40,473 bases of DNA, taken from the NCBI RefSeq assembly GCF_004010195.1, contig NC_057759.1, positions 2,171,237 through 2,211,709 on the forward strand, given 5' to 3'. Under the pieces are notes generated by a model. That model was not told the origin of the DNA. It ran no database searches and saw only the letters and a program-made list of their open reading frames with translations. Below, piece after piece: positions 24,078 to 37,870 of this stretch. The position numbers and the translations under genes were made by a program. This DNA is from Chiloscyllium plagiosum. Lineage: Eukaryota. The first letter of the stretch is position 1; every line of letters begins with the position of its first letter.

Positions 24078-24129
24078 ACCACCGCTTACTCTCAGACACA
24101 AAATAAGGGAAAGTGGGCTTGGAGCTCAC

Positions 24130-24196
24130 TCTTTATAGACTGACGGCATCAGCCATGCTAATAAAGGATGGAGGAAAGCATGGCTCCAAATTGGCT
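24130..24196 (-). promoter_or_regulatory. H2B promoter: TATA, octamer-like and CCAAT elements
   Basis: TATAAA at 24132-24137 (minus), TGACG at 24141-24145, octamer variant ATGCTAAT at 24155-24162 (canonical ATGCAAAT), CCAAT at 24190-24194 (minus). This is the typical vertebrate H2B order. Confidence 0.75.
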
Positions 24197-24257
24197 ACTT
24201 TGTAGGCATGATAGCTTCTCTCTGGTTGGTTAGTTTGGGACTCAATGTGGATCTGTC

Positions 24258-25425
24258 AGGATCAGACTGGAGGCCCGTGACCAGTGCAGTGCCACAAGAA
24301 TCGGTGCTTGGTCCATCACTTTTCGTTATTTATATAAATGATTTGGATGCGACCATAACAGGTATAGTTCGTAAGTTTGCGGATGACACCAAAATTGGAG
24401 GAATAGTGGACAGTGAAGAAGGTTACCTCAGATTGCAACAGGATCTTGATCAAATGGGTTCATGGGCGGAGAAGTGGCAGATGGAGTTTAACTCAGATAA
24501 ATGCAAGGTGTAGCATTTTGTGAAAGCAAATCTTCGCAGGACTTATACACTTAATGGTAAGGTCCTAGGGAGTGTTGCTGAACAAAGAGGCCTTGGAGTG
24601 CAGGTTCATAGCTCCTTGAAAGTGGAGTCGCAGATAGATAGGATAGTGAAGAAGGCGTTTGGTATGCCTTCCTTTATCGGTCACTGTATTGAGTACAGGA
24701 GTTAGGAAGTCACTTTACAGCTGTACATGACATTGGTTAGGCCACTGTTTCACTATTGCATATAAGTCTGGTCTCCTTCCTATCAGAAGGATATTGTGAA
24801 ACTTGAAAGGATTCAGAAAAGATTTACAAGGTTGTTGTCAGGGTTGGAGGATTTGAGCTATGGGGAGAAGCTGAATAGGCTGTTTTGCCTAGAGCGGAGG
24901 TGGAGGGGTGACCTTAGATTAGATTAGATTAGATAATCTACAGTGTGGAAACAGGCCCTTTGGCCCAACAAGTCCACACCGCCCCTCCGAAGAGAAAAGC
25001 ACCCAAACTCATTCCCCTACCCTATACTTACCCCTGACTAACGCATCTAACCTTACAGAAGCTTACAAAATTATGAGAGGCATGGATATGATGAATAGAC
25101 AAAATCTTTTCCCTGGGGAGGGAAGTCCAGAACTAGAGGGCATAGGTTTAGGGTGAGAGGGAAAAGATATAAAAGAGACCTAAGGGGCAACTTTTTCACG
25201 CAGAGGGTGGTCCATGTATGCAATTAGATGCCAGAAGAAGTGTGGAGGCTAGTAGAATTGCAACATTTAAAAGGCATTTGGATGTGTATATGAATAGGAA
25301 GGGTTTGGAGGGATATGGGCCCCGTGCTGGCAGATGGGACAAGATTGGGTTGGAATGACTGGTTGGCATAGACGAGTTGGAGTGAAGGGACTGTTCCCAT
25401 GCTGTACATCTTTACGACTCTATGA
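24258..25425 (+). mobile_element. 5'-truncated CR1/HER1 LINE immediately upstream of the H2B promoter
   Basis: SDWRPVTSAVPQESVLGP...KFADDTKIGG...WQMEFNSDKC (24208-24513). Tail GCTGTACATCTTTACGACTCTATGA. Confidence 0.92.
24917..25049 (-). mobile_element. HE1-type SINE 3' fragment nested in CR1
   Basis: (GATTA)n tail plus AGTGTGGAAACAGGCCCTT..GCCCAACAAGTCCACACCG. ACCTTA is duplicated at 24911-24916 and 25050-25055. Confidence 0.8.
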
Positions 25426-26354
25426 AGGACATTCTACCAGCATCTACTCTGTCAACACCCTTCAATTATCTTTTCCCCTATTCTGCTTCAAATCTCCAGT
25501 AGTATAATCTCAAACTGTTCATGCATTCCTCAGAAGAGCTGCCAGTGTGTGTGTCATTTTTACTCTGATTACCCCAATGACTAAAGAGAACGGATGTCCT
25601 GTGATCCGTGCTTTTTGCTCCCTACTGACTAACAATACTTTTACTCTCTATCTGTTCGGCCCCTCAATTGGTGTAAACAGCCTGCTGCCAATACTTAAGT
25701 TCCTGATATCTTACTTTGCACTACATTAGAATAGATATTATTCCATGCATGTCAGTTTCTAGCAGGATTTTTTTTATTATAAACTTTGCTATGTGGATTT
25801 TCTCTGAAAATTATTTGGTGACAAGTCATTTGTACTCACTTTGAACTGGTTACTGTTATTTAAGGATATTTTGAACATGGTATTTGTGCGAATTTTAATT
25901 GTGACAATCTCTTGTGTTATTTGTTTAAACTACGATTCCCTGATTACACTGTGAATGACAGTGTTGTTCAGAATTTCAGGTTGGTTAAGGGTTAGTTTAC
26001 TTTTCGTTATTGGCTGTATAAAACAGGAGTGCGATTATCAATCTGTCCCTGTAAGCTTTTGCGAGGTGAATGATTATTATTCTCTCACAATCTGTCCCTG
26101 ACAGTTTCTGCCATCTGAATGTGTGAGTGTAGTCATCATCTGTAACTGTCAGTTCTTCCACAGTGGGTACGTTTGTATAGAGAGACAGAGAGAGAGAGAG
26201 AGAGTTTGGACAAGAGTTCAGACTTTGCAGTTTAAATATTGTGCAAATGTCAATGAGCTGTGACCAGTGATATTTGTTCAAACTGGACACATGTGCATTG
26301 TGAATTGTGAGGAAAAAAAAACAAACTTACATTTTCTCTGTTGTCTTTCTCTCT

Positions 26355-26560
26355 CAAATTGAGCTCAACGTGAAGCTGACCCAATCCGCTCTGGCTGTGG
26401 AAATTATATTCTTCACTCTGACAGCAGTAACATACCTGCTGTTTGTTAGAAGGAACTGGTCACCCTTGGCTCTGTACCGAGGAAAAATTACATTGTCTTG
26501 GTCCTTCAAGTATTTCCCTGGAGGAAAGCAGAAGGGAAATCTCCTGTAAATCACCATCAG
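26355..26560 (-). repeat. Low-copy module X, copy 3 (exon-like core 26436-26517, splice signals intact)
   Basis: TTCCCTTCTGCTTTCCTCCAG| 82 nt |GTATGT. An alternative acceptor GATTTACAG| gives 108 nt (26436-26543). Confidence 0.8.
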
Positions 26561-27049
26561 CCAAGTTTGACCATATTTAACTGATCAACGGAACATTCTG
26601 TTAATAATCATTAGGATATTGTATTTAAAGACAAGAATTCCAACAGAACGACATGTCTGATGATTTTTCTTTTTGTTAATTAAACACCAATTGAGTGAGG
26701 TCCAGAAACTCCCTAATAACTGTACAGCTCCATGAATGGGTTATCCAATGCAAGTGGGGCTGTGAATATCAGTTTCATTATTGAATTATGCATGTCAATT
26801 CCTACTATGTGAATGACAAACACACTCTCACATTTTGTCCCTCTAAATCTTTCTGAAATTACTTATGTATTCACATAGCAGTGATTCACAGGGACAGGTT
26901 GATATAGAACTATCGATCCATTGCAATGAAATTGTACATAAAGGGGCCATTTGGCCTATCTTATTCATTCCAACACAAATACACTAGATGGCCATGGTAA
27001 TCCCATCTTCCTGCACCCCCATAACCCTGTAGCTGAGAGCACTGTCCAT

Positions 27050-29176
27050 TTCTGCAATGAGAATGTATTTCTCAATTTGTTCCAGTCAGTCTCTGTTTCG
27101 TGGATATGTAAATATAGCTATCAATTTGTACCTGTCAGTTTCCTCTGTATGAATATTTGCATTTAGTTATCCATCTCTACTTGTAAATGTCAAAATACAG
27201 TTCTAAATATGAATTTGTCAGTCTCTTCAATGTCAATGTGTGAGTTTATTGACCAGCCTATCCCTGTCAGTTTCTGCTCTGTTAATGTGAGTGTGTCAGG
27301 AATAACCTGCACCAGTCAGTTTCTGGTTTGTTAATAAGTGAATGCATTTATCAACATATACCTGTCAGTTTCAGTCAATGTGAATGTGAGAATGCAATTA
27401 TCAATATGTGCCTGTCAGATTCTGCTGTGTGAAGGTGACTGTCATTTTCAGACTCTACCTGTCAGTTTTGTCATTAGATTAGATTACTTAGTGTGGAAAC
27501 AGGCCTTTCGGCCCAACAAGTCCACACCGACCCTCCGAAGAGCAACGCGCCCAGACCCATTCCCCTACATTTACCCTTTTTCACCTAACACTACGGGCAA
27601 TTTAGCATGGCCAATTCACCTAACCATGTCAACAAGTAGTTGTCAATCAATGTGTCGCTGTCAGTTTTTGCAATGAGAACATGTGACTGTGGTTACCAAT
27701 CTGTCTATGTCACTTTCTGCTACGTGCATACATGCGTGTAGTTATCAATTTGTACCTATCAGTTTCTGCTCTGTGTCTGTGGGTGTATTTATCAATCTAT
27801 TGCTGTCAGCCTTTGCAATGTGAAAGTGAATTGATCAATCTTTCCTCATTAGTTTCTGTTCTCTGTTAATTAAACACTCTGATTCAATCCGTAACTGTCA
27901 GTGTTTGGTTTTATGGATGTGTAAATGCATTTATCTTTTTGTATCTGTCAGATTCTGCTTTGAGTTTTTCTGAGAGTTCAGTTTTGATCTGTCCCTGTCA
28001 GAATGTATGTGCATCTGTAAATGTAGTTACCAATCCATACCTGTCAGTTTTTCTGGCTGAATATGTGTGTGAAATTGTCAATCTATCTACACCTAATTCC
28101 ACTGTGTGAATACGAGAAATTCAGAAGCAACTCTTCCTGTCAGTCTCTACAATGTGAATATATGAGTGTATTTATCAATATTTCCCCACCAGTTTCTGCT
28201 CGGTGAGACAGTGTTGTGACCAATACATTCTGCCGTATGTATGTCTTTATCAAATTATACTTGTCAGAAAATTTTCTCTGTCTATTCTGTAGTATACCAG
28301 TCAGTGTTGTTAATGTGAGTATGGGACCACAGGTTTGAATCTATGTCTATCTGTTTCTGCCAAGTCAATATGTGAGTCATATTGAGATAGAATTTTCAAT
28401 CTCTACCTGTCAGATTCTATGTAAAATTGAGAGTACTTATCAAACTGAATCTGCAAGTTTATGTTCTGTGAAAGTGGAAGTGTTGTTATCAAATTGTACC
28501 TGTGGTTTTCTGTTATTTGATGAGAAGAGTGTAATCTGTCCCTGGCAGTGTTTCCTCCATATATCTGAGGAAGTAATTAAACTATACCTGCAGTGTTTGC
28601 TATGTCAATGAGAGTGTACATCTCAACCAATATCTGGCAGTATGAGCTATAAATCTGCACCATTCAGCTTATGCTATTTCAACATGTGAGTTTAGTTATC
28701 AATCTGTACCAGTCAGTTTCTGCTTGGTGAATATGTGAGTGTGTATATCAATCATTCCTTGTCAGTATCTGTGTTATGAATTTGTGAATGAGGTTATCAA
28801 TTTAAAAACCTGTCAGTTTCAACTATCTGCTTATAGAAATATAGTTATTAATCTCTACCTGTCAGATTATGTTCTGTGAATATGGTGCAGTTATCAATCT
28901 GTCTTTGCTTTGTGAACATCCAAATATAGTCATCGATATGGACATGTCAGTTTCCACTATGCGAATGTGTATGTGTATTTCCCAATGTATCCCTGTGAGT
29001 TTCTACTGTCTGTGTGAGAGAATGTTGATATGAACATGTAGCTGTAAGTTTCTGGTCTGGAAATGTCCGAATGCCTTTATCAAAACGTACGTCAGTTTCT
29101 GTAATGTGAATGTGTGAGCCCAGCATTGGAACATTCGGCTCTGTGAATATGCAATTAGTGGTCATCATCTGTACCT
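27050..29176 (+). repeat. Degenerate ~49-bp satellite array (unit B, left part)
   Basis: Same TTATCAATCTGTACCTGTCAGTTTCTG unit as 9120-12815. A few more units at 26030-26165. Confidence 0.85.
27473..27625 (-). mobile_element. HE1-type SINE 3' fragment
   Basis: ATTAGATTAGATTA tail. GGGCAATTTAGCATGGCCAATTCAC is the reverse complement of the SINE body at ~34835-34860. Confidence 0.85.
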
Positions 29177-32100
29177 CATACAGTCACAAAGTCAGAGATG
29201 TACAGCAAGGAAACAGACCCTTCGGTCCAACCCGTCCATGCTGACCAGATATCCCAGCCCAAGCTAGTCCCACCTGTCAGCACCCAGCCAATATCCATCC
29301 AAACTCTTCCCATTCATATACCCATCCAAATGCCTCTTAAATGTTGCAATTGTACCCGTCTCCACCACTTCCTCTGGCAGCTCATTCCATATGTGTATCA
29401 CCCTCTGTGTGAAAATGTTGCCTCTTACGTCTCTTTTATATCTTTCCTCTCTCACCCTAAACCTATGCCCTCTAGTTTTGGACTTCCCCCACCCCAGGGA
29501 AAGGACTTTGTCTATTTATCCTATCCATGTCCCTTAAAATTTGGGAAACCTCTATAATGTCACCCCTAGCTTCCAACACTCCAGGGAAAACAGCCCCTGC
29601 TGTTTAGCCTCTCCCAATAGCTGAAATCCTCTAACCCTGGCAACATCCTTGTAAATCTTTTCTGAACCCTTTCAAGTTTCACAACATCTTTCTGATAGGA
29701 GGGAGACCAGAATTATACGCAATATTCCAACAGTGGCCTAACCAGTGTCCTGTACAGCTGCAAAGTGACCTCCAAACTCCTGTTCTCAATACAGTGACCG
29801 ATAAAGGAAAGCATACCAAATGCCTTCTTCACTATCCTATCTTCCTGTGACTCTACTTTCAAGGAGCTATGAACCTGCACTCCAAGGTCTCTTTGTTCTG
29901 CAACACTCCCTCGGACCTTACCATTAAGTGTACAAGTCCTGCAAAGAGTTGCTTTCCCAAAATGCAACAGATCGCATTTATCTGAATTAAACTCCATCTG
30001 TTATTTCTCAGCCCATTGGCTGATCTGATCAAAATCCTGTTGGAATCTGAGGTAACCCTCTTCGCTGTCCACTACACTTACAGTTTTGGTGTCATCTGCA
30101 AACTTACTAACGATACCTCTTATGCTCACATCCAAATCATTTATATAAATGATAAAATGTAGAGGACCCAGCACTGATCCTTGTGGCACTCCACTGGTCA
30201 CAGACCTCCATTCTGCAAAACAACTCTCCACCACCACCCTCTGTCTTCTACCTTTGAGACAGTTCTGTATCCAAGTGGCTAGTTCTCCCTATATTCCATG
30301 AGATCTAATCTTGCTAACCAGTCCCCCATGGGAACCTTCACAAACGCCTGACTGAAGTCCATATAGGACCACTCTGCCCTCATCAATCTTCTTTGTTACT
30401 TCTTCAAAAAACTCAATTAGGTTTGTGAGACATGATTTGCTATGCACAAAAAACGTTGACTATCTCTAATCAATCCTTGCCTTTCCAAATACAGTACATC
30501 TTGTCTGTTAGGATTCCTTCCAATAACTTGCCCACCACCGACATCAGGCTCACTGGTCTATAGTTCCCTGGCTTGTCCTTACCACACTTCTTAAACAGTT
30601 GTACCACGTTAGCCAACCTCCAGTCTTCCAGCACCCCACCTGTGACTATTGATGACACAAATATCTCAGCAAGAGGCCCAGCAATATCTTCCCTAGTTTC
30701 CCACAGAGTTCTTGGGTACACCTGATCAGGTCCTTGGGATTTATCCACCTTTATGCATATCAAGGCATCCAGCACTTCCTCCTCTGTAATATGGACATTT
30801 TTCAGAGTGTCACCATCTATTTCCCTACAGTCTATATCTTCCATATTCTTTTCCACAGTAAATACTGATGCAAAATACTCATTTAGTAAATCCCCTATTT
30901 TCTGCGGGTCCACACAAGGGTGCCTTGCTGATCTTTGGGAGGCCCTATTCTCTCCCTAGTTACCCTTTTGTCCTTAATGTATTTGTAAAAACTCTTTGGA
31001 GTCTCCTTGCTTCTATTTGCCAAAGTCATCTCATGTCCCCTTTTTGCCCTGCTGATTTCTCTCTTAAGTATACTCCTACTGCCTTTATACTCTTCTAAGG
31101 ATTCACTCAATTTAACCTGTCTATACCTTACATATGCTTACTTCTTTTTCTTAACCAAGCCTTCAATTTCTTTAGTCATCCAGCATTCCTAATACCTACT
31201 AGCCTTTCCTTTCACCCTAACAGGAATATGCTTTCTCTGGATTCTTGTTATATCATTCCTGAAGGCTTCCCTTTACCTGCGAACATCTGCCCCCAATCAG
31301 TTTTTGAAAGTTCTTGTCTAATACCGTCAAAATTGGCTTTTTTCCAATTTAGAACTTCAACTTTTAGATCTGGTCTATCCTTTTGCATCACTATTTTAAA
31401 TCTAATAGAATTATGGTCGCTGGCCCCAAAGTGCTCCCCCACTGACACCTCATTCACCTGCCCTGCCTTATTTCTAAGAGTAGGTCAAGTTTTGCACCTT
31501 CTCTATTAGGTACATCCACATACTGAATCAGAAAATTTTCTTGTACACTTAACAAATCTGGAAAGTTAAAATCCCCTACCATAACCACCCTATTATTCTT
31601 ACAGATAGCTGAGATCTCCTGACAAGTTTGTTTCTCAATTTCCCTCTGACTATTAGGGGGTCTATAATACAATCCCAAGAAGGTGATTATTCCTTTTTTA
31701 TTTCTCAGTTCCACCCAAATAACTTCCCTGGATGTATCTTCCCTCAGCACAGCTGTAATACTATCCCTTATCAAAAACGCCACTACCCCTCCTCTCTTGC
31801 CTCCCTTTCTATCCTTCCTGTAGCATTTGTATCCTGGAACATTAAGCTGCCAGTCCTGCCCATCCCTGAGCCATGTTTCTGTAATTGCTATGATATTCGA
31901 CTCCCATCTTCCTAACCATGCCCTGAGTTCATCTGCCTTCCCTGTTAGGCCACTTGCATTGAAAGAAATGCAGTTTAGTTTATTAGTCCTACCTTGTCCC
32001 TGCCTGCCCTGACTGTTTGACTCGCTTCTGTTCTCAACTGTACCAGTCTCAGATTGATCTCTTTCCTCATTATTTCCCTGGGTCCCACCCGTCCGCCCTC

Positions 32101-34029
32101 TCTCGAGCAGCTCTTGCAAATTTCCCTGACAGTATATTAGTCCCCTTCCAATTTATGTGCAATCTGTCCTTCTTGTACAGGTCACTTCTACCCCAAAAGA
32201 AATTCCAATGATCCAAAAATGTGAATCCTTTGCCTATACACCTGCTCCTCAGCCATGCATTTATCTGCTCTATCCTCCTACGACTGCCTTCACCATCTCG
32301 TAGCACTGGGAGTAATGCAGATATTACTACTCTCAAGGACCTCCTTTTTAAATTCCTGTCATCTCCCTTCAGAATCTCAACCTTTTCCCTTCCTGTCTCA
32401 TTGGTACCAATGTGGACAATGAACTACTGCTGGCCTCTCTCTCCCTTGAGAACATTCTGCATCCTCTGAGACATCCTTGATCCTGGCACCAGGGAAGCAA
32501 CTCACCATTCTGATTTTTCACTGCTGGCCACAGAAAAATCTGTCTGTACCTCAGACTAGAGAGTCCCCTAACACAATTGATCTCTTGGAACCCGATGTAC
32601 CTCTCATTGCATTAGAGCCAGTCTCAATACTAGAAACTTGGCTGTTTGTGCTATGTTCCCCTATGAATCAATCACTCCCTACATTTTCCAAAACAGCATA
32701 CTTGTTTAGAACATAGAACATAGAACAATACAGCGCAGTACAGGCCCTTCGATGTTGCGCCGATCCAAGCCCACCTAAGCTACACTAGCCCACTATCCTC
32801 CATATGCCTATCCAATGCCCGCTTAAATGCCCATAATGAGGGAGAGTCCACCACTGCTACTGGCAGGGCATTCCATGAACTCACGACTCGCTGAGTAAAG
32901 AACCTACCCCTAACATCTGTCCTATACCTACCCCCACTCAATTTTTAAAGCTATGCCCACTTGTAATAGCTGACTCCATACGAGGAAAAAGATTCTCACT
33001 GTCGACCCTATCTAAACCCCTAATCATCTTATACACCTCTATCAAGTCACCCCTAAACCTTCTTTTCTCCAATGAAAACAACCCCAAGTGCCTCAGCCTT
33101 TCCTCATACGATCTTCCTACCATACCAGGCAACATCCTGGTAAACCTCCTCTGCACCCGTTCCAGTGCCTCCACATCCTTCCAATAGTATGGCGACCAAA
33201 ACTGCACAAAATACTCCAGATGCGGCCGCACCAGAGTACTATACAACTGCAACATGACCTCAGTACTCCAGAACTCAATTCCTCTACCAATAAAAGCCAG
33301 TACGCCATATGCCTCCTTCACCGCACTATTTACCTGGGTGGCAACTTTCAAAGATCTGTGTACATGGACACCAAGATCCCTCTGCTCATCCACACTACCA
33401 AGTATCCGACCATTAGCCCAGTACCCCATCTCTTTGTTAATCTGTCCTTCTTGTACAGGTCACTTCTACCCCAAAAGAAATTCCAATGATCCAAAAATGT
33501 GAATCCTTTGCCTATACACCTGCTCCTCAGCCATGCATTTATCTGCTCTATCCTCCTACGACTGCCTTCACCATCTCGTAGCACTGGGAGTAATGCAGAT
33601 ATTACTACTCTCAAGGACCTTCTTTTTAAATTCCTGCCTAACTCTCTGTCATCTCCCTTCAGAATCTCAACCTTTTCCCTTCCTGTCTCATTGGTACCAA
33701 TGTGGACAATGAACTACTGCTGGCCTCTCTCTCCCTTGAGAACATTCTGCATCCTCTGAGACATCCTTGATCCTGGCACCAGGGAAGCAACTCACCATTC
33801 TGATTTTTCACTGCTGGCCACAGAAAAATCTGTCTGTACCTCAGACTAGAGAGTCCCCTAACACAATTGATCTCTTGGAACCCGATGTACCTCTCATTGC
33901 ATTAGAGCCAGTCTCAATACTAGAAACTTGGCTGTTTGTGCTATGTTCCCCTGTGAATCAATCACTCCCTACATTTTCCAAAACAGCATACTTGTTTGCA
34001 ATGGAAATAGCCACACAAGACTCCTGCAC
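29177..34029 (-). mobile_element. Long CR1/HER1 LINE (ORF1 esterase C-terminal half, APE, RT, 3' UTR), with stops and frameshifts
   Basis: RVVISALLPV..INAWLRS..GFTFLDHW..GRSDLYKKD.LH (ORF1). NA.GL..K..EL, IIAITETWL, YRPP and GDFN (APE, 31454-32119). NYRPVSL, VPQGSVLGP and KFADDTK (RT). Inserted in a satellite unit with TACCT at both junctions (29172-29176 and 34030-34034). Confidence 0.95.
32708..33438 (-). mobile_element. Young 5'-truncated CR1 of a different subfamily, nested in the long CR1
   Basis: Open frame 32938-33429 (QRDLGVHVH..LYSTLVRPHLEY..FWSP..LERVQRRFTRMLPG), many intact CpGs, and a (GTTCTAT)n tail at 32708-32727. Confidence 0.92.
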
Positions 34030-36400
34030 TACCTATTAGTTTCTGCTACATGAATGAATGAGTGTAGTTGTCAACCTGTTCTTGTCAGTTTGTGCTGTGA
34101 ATGTGTCAGTGTAATTATCAGTCTGCATCTGTCAATTTCTGCTGGGTCAATGAGAGAGCGTAGTTACCAATATGTACCTGTGAGATTCTGATGTTATCAA
34201 TTGTACATAACAGTGTGATTTTCCCTCTGTCAACTTGAAAGTGTAGTAATAAATCTTTACCTGATGGGTTATGCGATGGGAAAGTTTTTGTCAATTTCTG
34301 CTGTGTGAGTGTAGTTATCCATCTGTGCCCGTCAGTTTCTGCTATCTGAATGTATGAGTGCAAGTATCAATCTGTGTGTCTTAGTTTCTGCTACGTCAAT
34401 AAGCAAGTTTAATTTTTGATCTGTACTTATCAGTTTCAGATATGTGAATGTATGAATGCTGTTATTAATATATCCCTGAATGTTTCTGCTTGTAAAAATG
34501 CAAATGTATTCATTAAATCATACCTGTCCTTTTCTCCAATGTGAATATGAAAATGTAGTTATCAATCTGTAACTGTCAGTTTTTGTTCTGTGAACATACG
34601 TGTGTAGTAATCAATCTGTACCAGTCAGTTTCTGCGGTGTGAATATTCTTGTATAATGTGGTACATTATACGGCACAGTAGCTTAGCGGTTGGCTCCATT
34701 GCCTCAGTGCCAGGGACCTGGATTCGATTTCAGCCTCGGGCGACTGTCTGCGTGGAGTTTGCACATTCTCCCAGTGTCTGTGTGGGTTTCCTCTGGGTGC
34801 CCGGTTTCCTCCCACAGTCCAAAGAAGAGGTGATGTGAATTGGCCATGCTAAATTGCCCATAGTGTTCAGGGATGTGTGGGTTAGGTGCATTAGTCAGGG
34901 GTAAATGTAGAGTGATAAGGGGGTGGTTCTGGTTGAGAGAATCTTCAGAGGGTCGGTGTGGATTTGCCAGACTGAAGGTCCTGTTTCAAAACTGCATGGC
35001 TTCTAATTCTAACGAAAAGACTATACCTGAAAGTTTCTGCTAGATGAATCTCTCCCCATCAGTTTCTGATCTGACAACATATGAATGCATTTATCAATCT
35101 GAATCTGCCATTCTTTGTAATATGAATGTGTGAGTACAGTTGTTGTTCTATGTCTGGAGACATAGAAGTGGAGGCTAGGGAACGTTGGGAAATAAATATT
35201 GATATCTTGAAAACAGTCCATAGGCCAAAAGAGGAGGTGCAAGAGATGTTAAGAAAACATAAATGTGTCTCAAATTCTGGGACCTGATCAATTATATTCC
35301 ATAATGTTGGAGGGAGCTGTATTGATAATTTGAATAAATGACATTGTTTTATTACTTTCTTTGGAATATCTCATATGAAGGGTCAATCTGTTCCTGTCAG
35401 TTATTGCAATCTGAATGTGTGACTGTGGTTATCAAATCTGTACCTGTCAGTTTCTTAATGAATATGTGGGTGCAGTTATCCATTTCAGTTTCTGCAATGT
35501 GAATGAGAGTATAATTATCAGTCTCCACCGGTCAGCGTCTCCTACATCTATATGTGGTTTTAGTTATCGAGTTGAACCTCTGTTAGTTTCTGTCATATGA
35601 ATGTGTGAGTGTCATCATCAATCTGTCCCAGTCAGTGACTGCAATGTGAATGGGTGAGAGTTGATATCAAGCTGCAACTGTTTATAATATAAGTTGAATG
35701 TGAGAGTGTAGTTGTCAGTTTTTATTCTATTGTCAAACTCAGTATTGCAATTGATCTATACTTGTCAGATACCTGTATGAAATTGTGAGATTAGTTATCA
35801 AAAATTACTTGTCAGTTTATGCAATATGAAACTGTGTTATTGTTAATCTGTTCCTGTCAGTTTCTGTTTCGTGGATATGATACATTTGTTATCAAGCTTT
35901 CTCTGTCAGTAACTACCTCTGCCAGTCACTACAATGTGAATGTCAGGGTGTATTTACTAATTTGTTCCTGTCAGTTTCAGCTCTATGTATTTGAGGGTGC
36001 AGTTATTAATCTGTAACTGTCAGTGTCTACCATGTGAATGTGAGAGTGCATTTATCAATGTTATCCTATCAGCTTCTGTGTTGCGAATATGTGAATGTGC
36101 TTACCAATTTGTACCTGCTAGTTCTGATATGTAAATATCATTCTCAATTTGTCCTTGTCGATTTCTGCTATATGTGTTACAGCATGCAGTTAGCAATCTA
36201 TACATGCACTTTTCTGCAATGTGAACATTGCAATATAGTTACCAATCTGACTGCTCTGTGAATATATAAGTACAGTCACCAAACTATACAGGCCAGCTTC
36301 TTTGTGACTCTGAATTTAGATATTAATTTATGGCTGTCAATTTCAGTTATGTGAATGTGTGAGTGCACTTATCGATCTGTACCTGTCAGTTTCTGCTCAG
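34030..36400 (+). repeat. Degenerate ~49-bp satellite array (unit B, right part)
   Basis: ATCAATCTGT recurs at 34561 and 34610 (period 49). Interrupted by a SINE (34671-35011) and a short CR1-like scrap (~35155-35340). Confidence 0.85.
34671..35011 (+). mobile_element. Near full-length degenerate HE1/V-SINE
   Basis: CGGCACAGTAGCTTAGCGG (A box), GATTCGATTTC (B box), V-core GGAGTTTGCACATTCTCCC...GGTTTCCTCCCACAGTCCAAAGA, CR1-like tail. Confidence 0.88.
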
Positions 36401-37667
36401 TGCATTTGTTTTGTGTCATAGACTGTGTAATAGAAAATTAAAGGGTTTTCCAACTCCTATAGTGCAGACTCAAACTGGCAGGAATGATACCATGGGCTGT
36501 TCTTCAGGATGTCATCAGTTTTTCATCAGCATAGCTACGTACTTTTGTGAATAATGCTGAGAAATAGACAGGCGTTACATTCCTTTGGTAGTGTGTCACG
36601 GAAAGGGAAATGAACAAATAAACTGCATTGTAGCCGACTGACCACAATGTTCCTGCTACAGGAAAGAGAATTGGCTAGTTCACTTCATTATTCTATTGTG
36701 TGTATTACGTAATCCTGTTCTGTGGTGTGACGGTGCAAGCCATTAGCAGTACTCTCCTGATGCTCTGTGGTGGCGATGAGGAAAGTGAAAAGACTTGTAT
36801 TTTTGTCATACAGTGGAAAAGATTTAAATCATTCAGGCAAATTTATTGAACATGGTTGAACTCTTCCTGCAAAAAGAATGAGAATTTACAAATTACAAGA
36901 TTTGGCTAAATTCCTTTGTTGAATTAAAGGGTAATTATTTGATTATATTGCTAAATTGATGATATTATACTATTTTCTTGCTTTTTTGTAATATTTCATA
37001 GGGTGGGACATTTGGGATTCTTCGTAGAAGATTAAAGTGAATTTGGAGACCGAGTTAATTTATTTTTATTAAAAAATGTGTAATACTGGGCAGAGTGAAA
37101 ATTTAATTTCTATCCCTGCAAGGTGAATATGTTGAGAATGATGTTGAGATCAAGGTGGGGTTGGCAGCTCCTCAGCTGCCATGACACCCTTATTGAAATG
37201 GAATGCTGCCTGAATGGGATTTAGTTGCTTGTTTTTGTGTAAACATTTTGTATATATTCATTTCTGTTTCCTCCAGTGTAAATGTGTGTACATCGCTGTT
37301 AGTCTCTGTATCTTGTGTGTTGATATGATGGTTCAATCTGAATCAGTCAGTACCTTTGTATATGTGTGCGTGTTCTCAGTAATGATTCACTACTTGTCAC
37401 ATATGGCTGTTGAAACTATGTAAAAGCATGAGGTCATTGTTTATCCGGATTGTGACATTTAAAATGCCCTTTTAAAATGAAAACTTGATTTAGTACACCA
37501 ATTGCCTACTTTAAACAACCAGTCATCTTCAAACATGCTGTGATTGTTCATGGCCTGTGGATCATATTAATTGAAACCGGAAAGGTGTTGATGGAGAATA
37601 CAGAGAAAAAAAGAAACTTGTCTTTCTGCAGTTGAGTCTGACTGTTTGCTTGTTTGGATATATCTCT

Positions 37668-37870
37668 GGAAATTGAGCTCAAACTAAATCTGATCCAATC
37701 TGCTCTGTGCCTGTGGAAAGGATGTTCTCTGCTTTGACATACCTGCTGTTTGTTAGAAGCAGCTGGTCACACTTGGCTTTGTACTGAGGAAATATGACAT
37801 TGTCTTCGTCATTCAAATACTTGCTTGGCAGAAGACAGAAGATTTTTCAGCTGTAAATCAACATAAGCCA
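37668..37870 (-). repeat. Low-copy module X, copy 4 (exon-like core 37743-37823)
   Basis: TCTTCTGTCTTCTGCCAAG| 81 nt |GTATGT. Alternative acceptor GATTTACAG| at 37851-37859. Confidence 0.8.

Noticed and set aside
27050..29176. CRISPR-like look of a conserved core with variable spacers
   Set aside because: The repeats are degenerate, the spacers are homologous to each other, there are no cas genes and the context is vertebrate. It is a satellite.
34030..36400. Cys/His-rich short ORFs suggesting C2H2 zinc fingers
   Set aside because: The period is ~49 nt rather than 84, there are no TGEKP-type linkers and stops are frequent. The composition comes from the TG-rich satellite.
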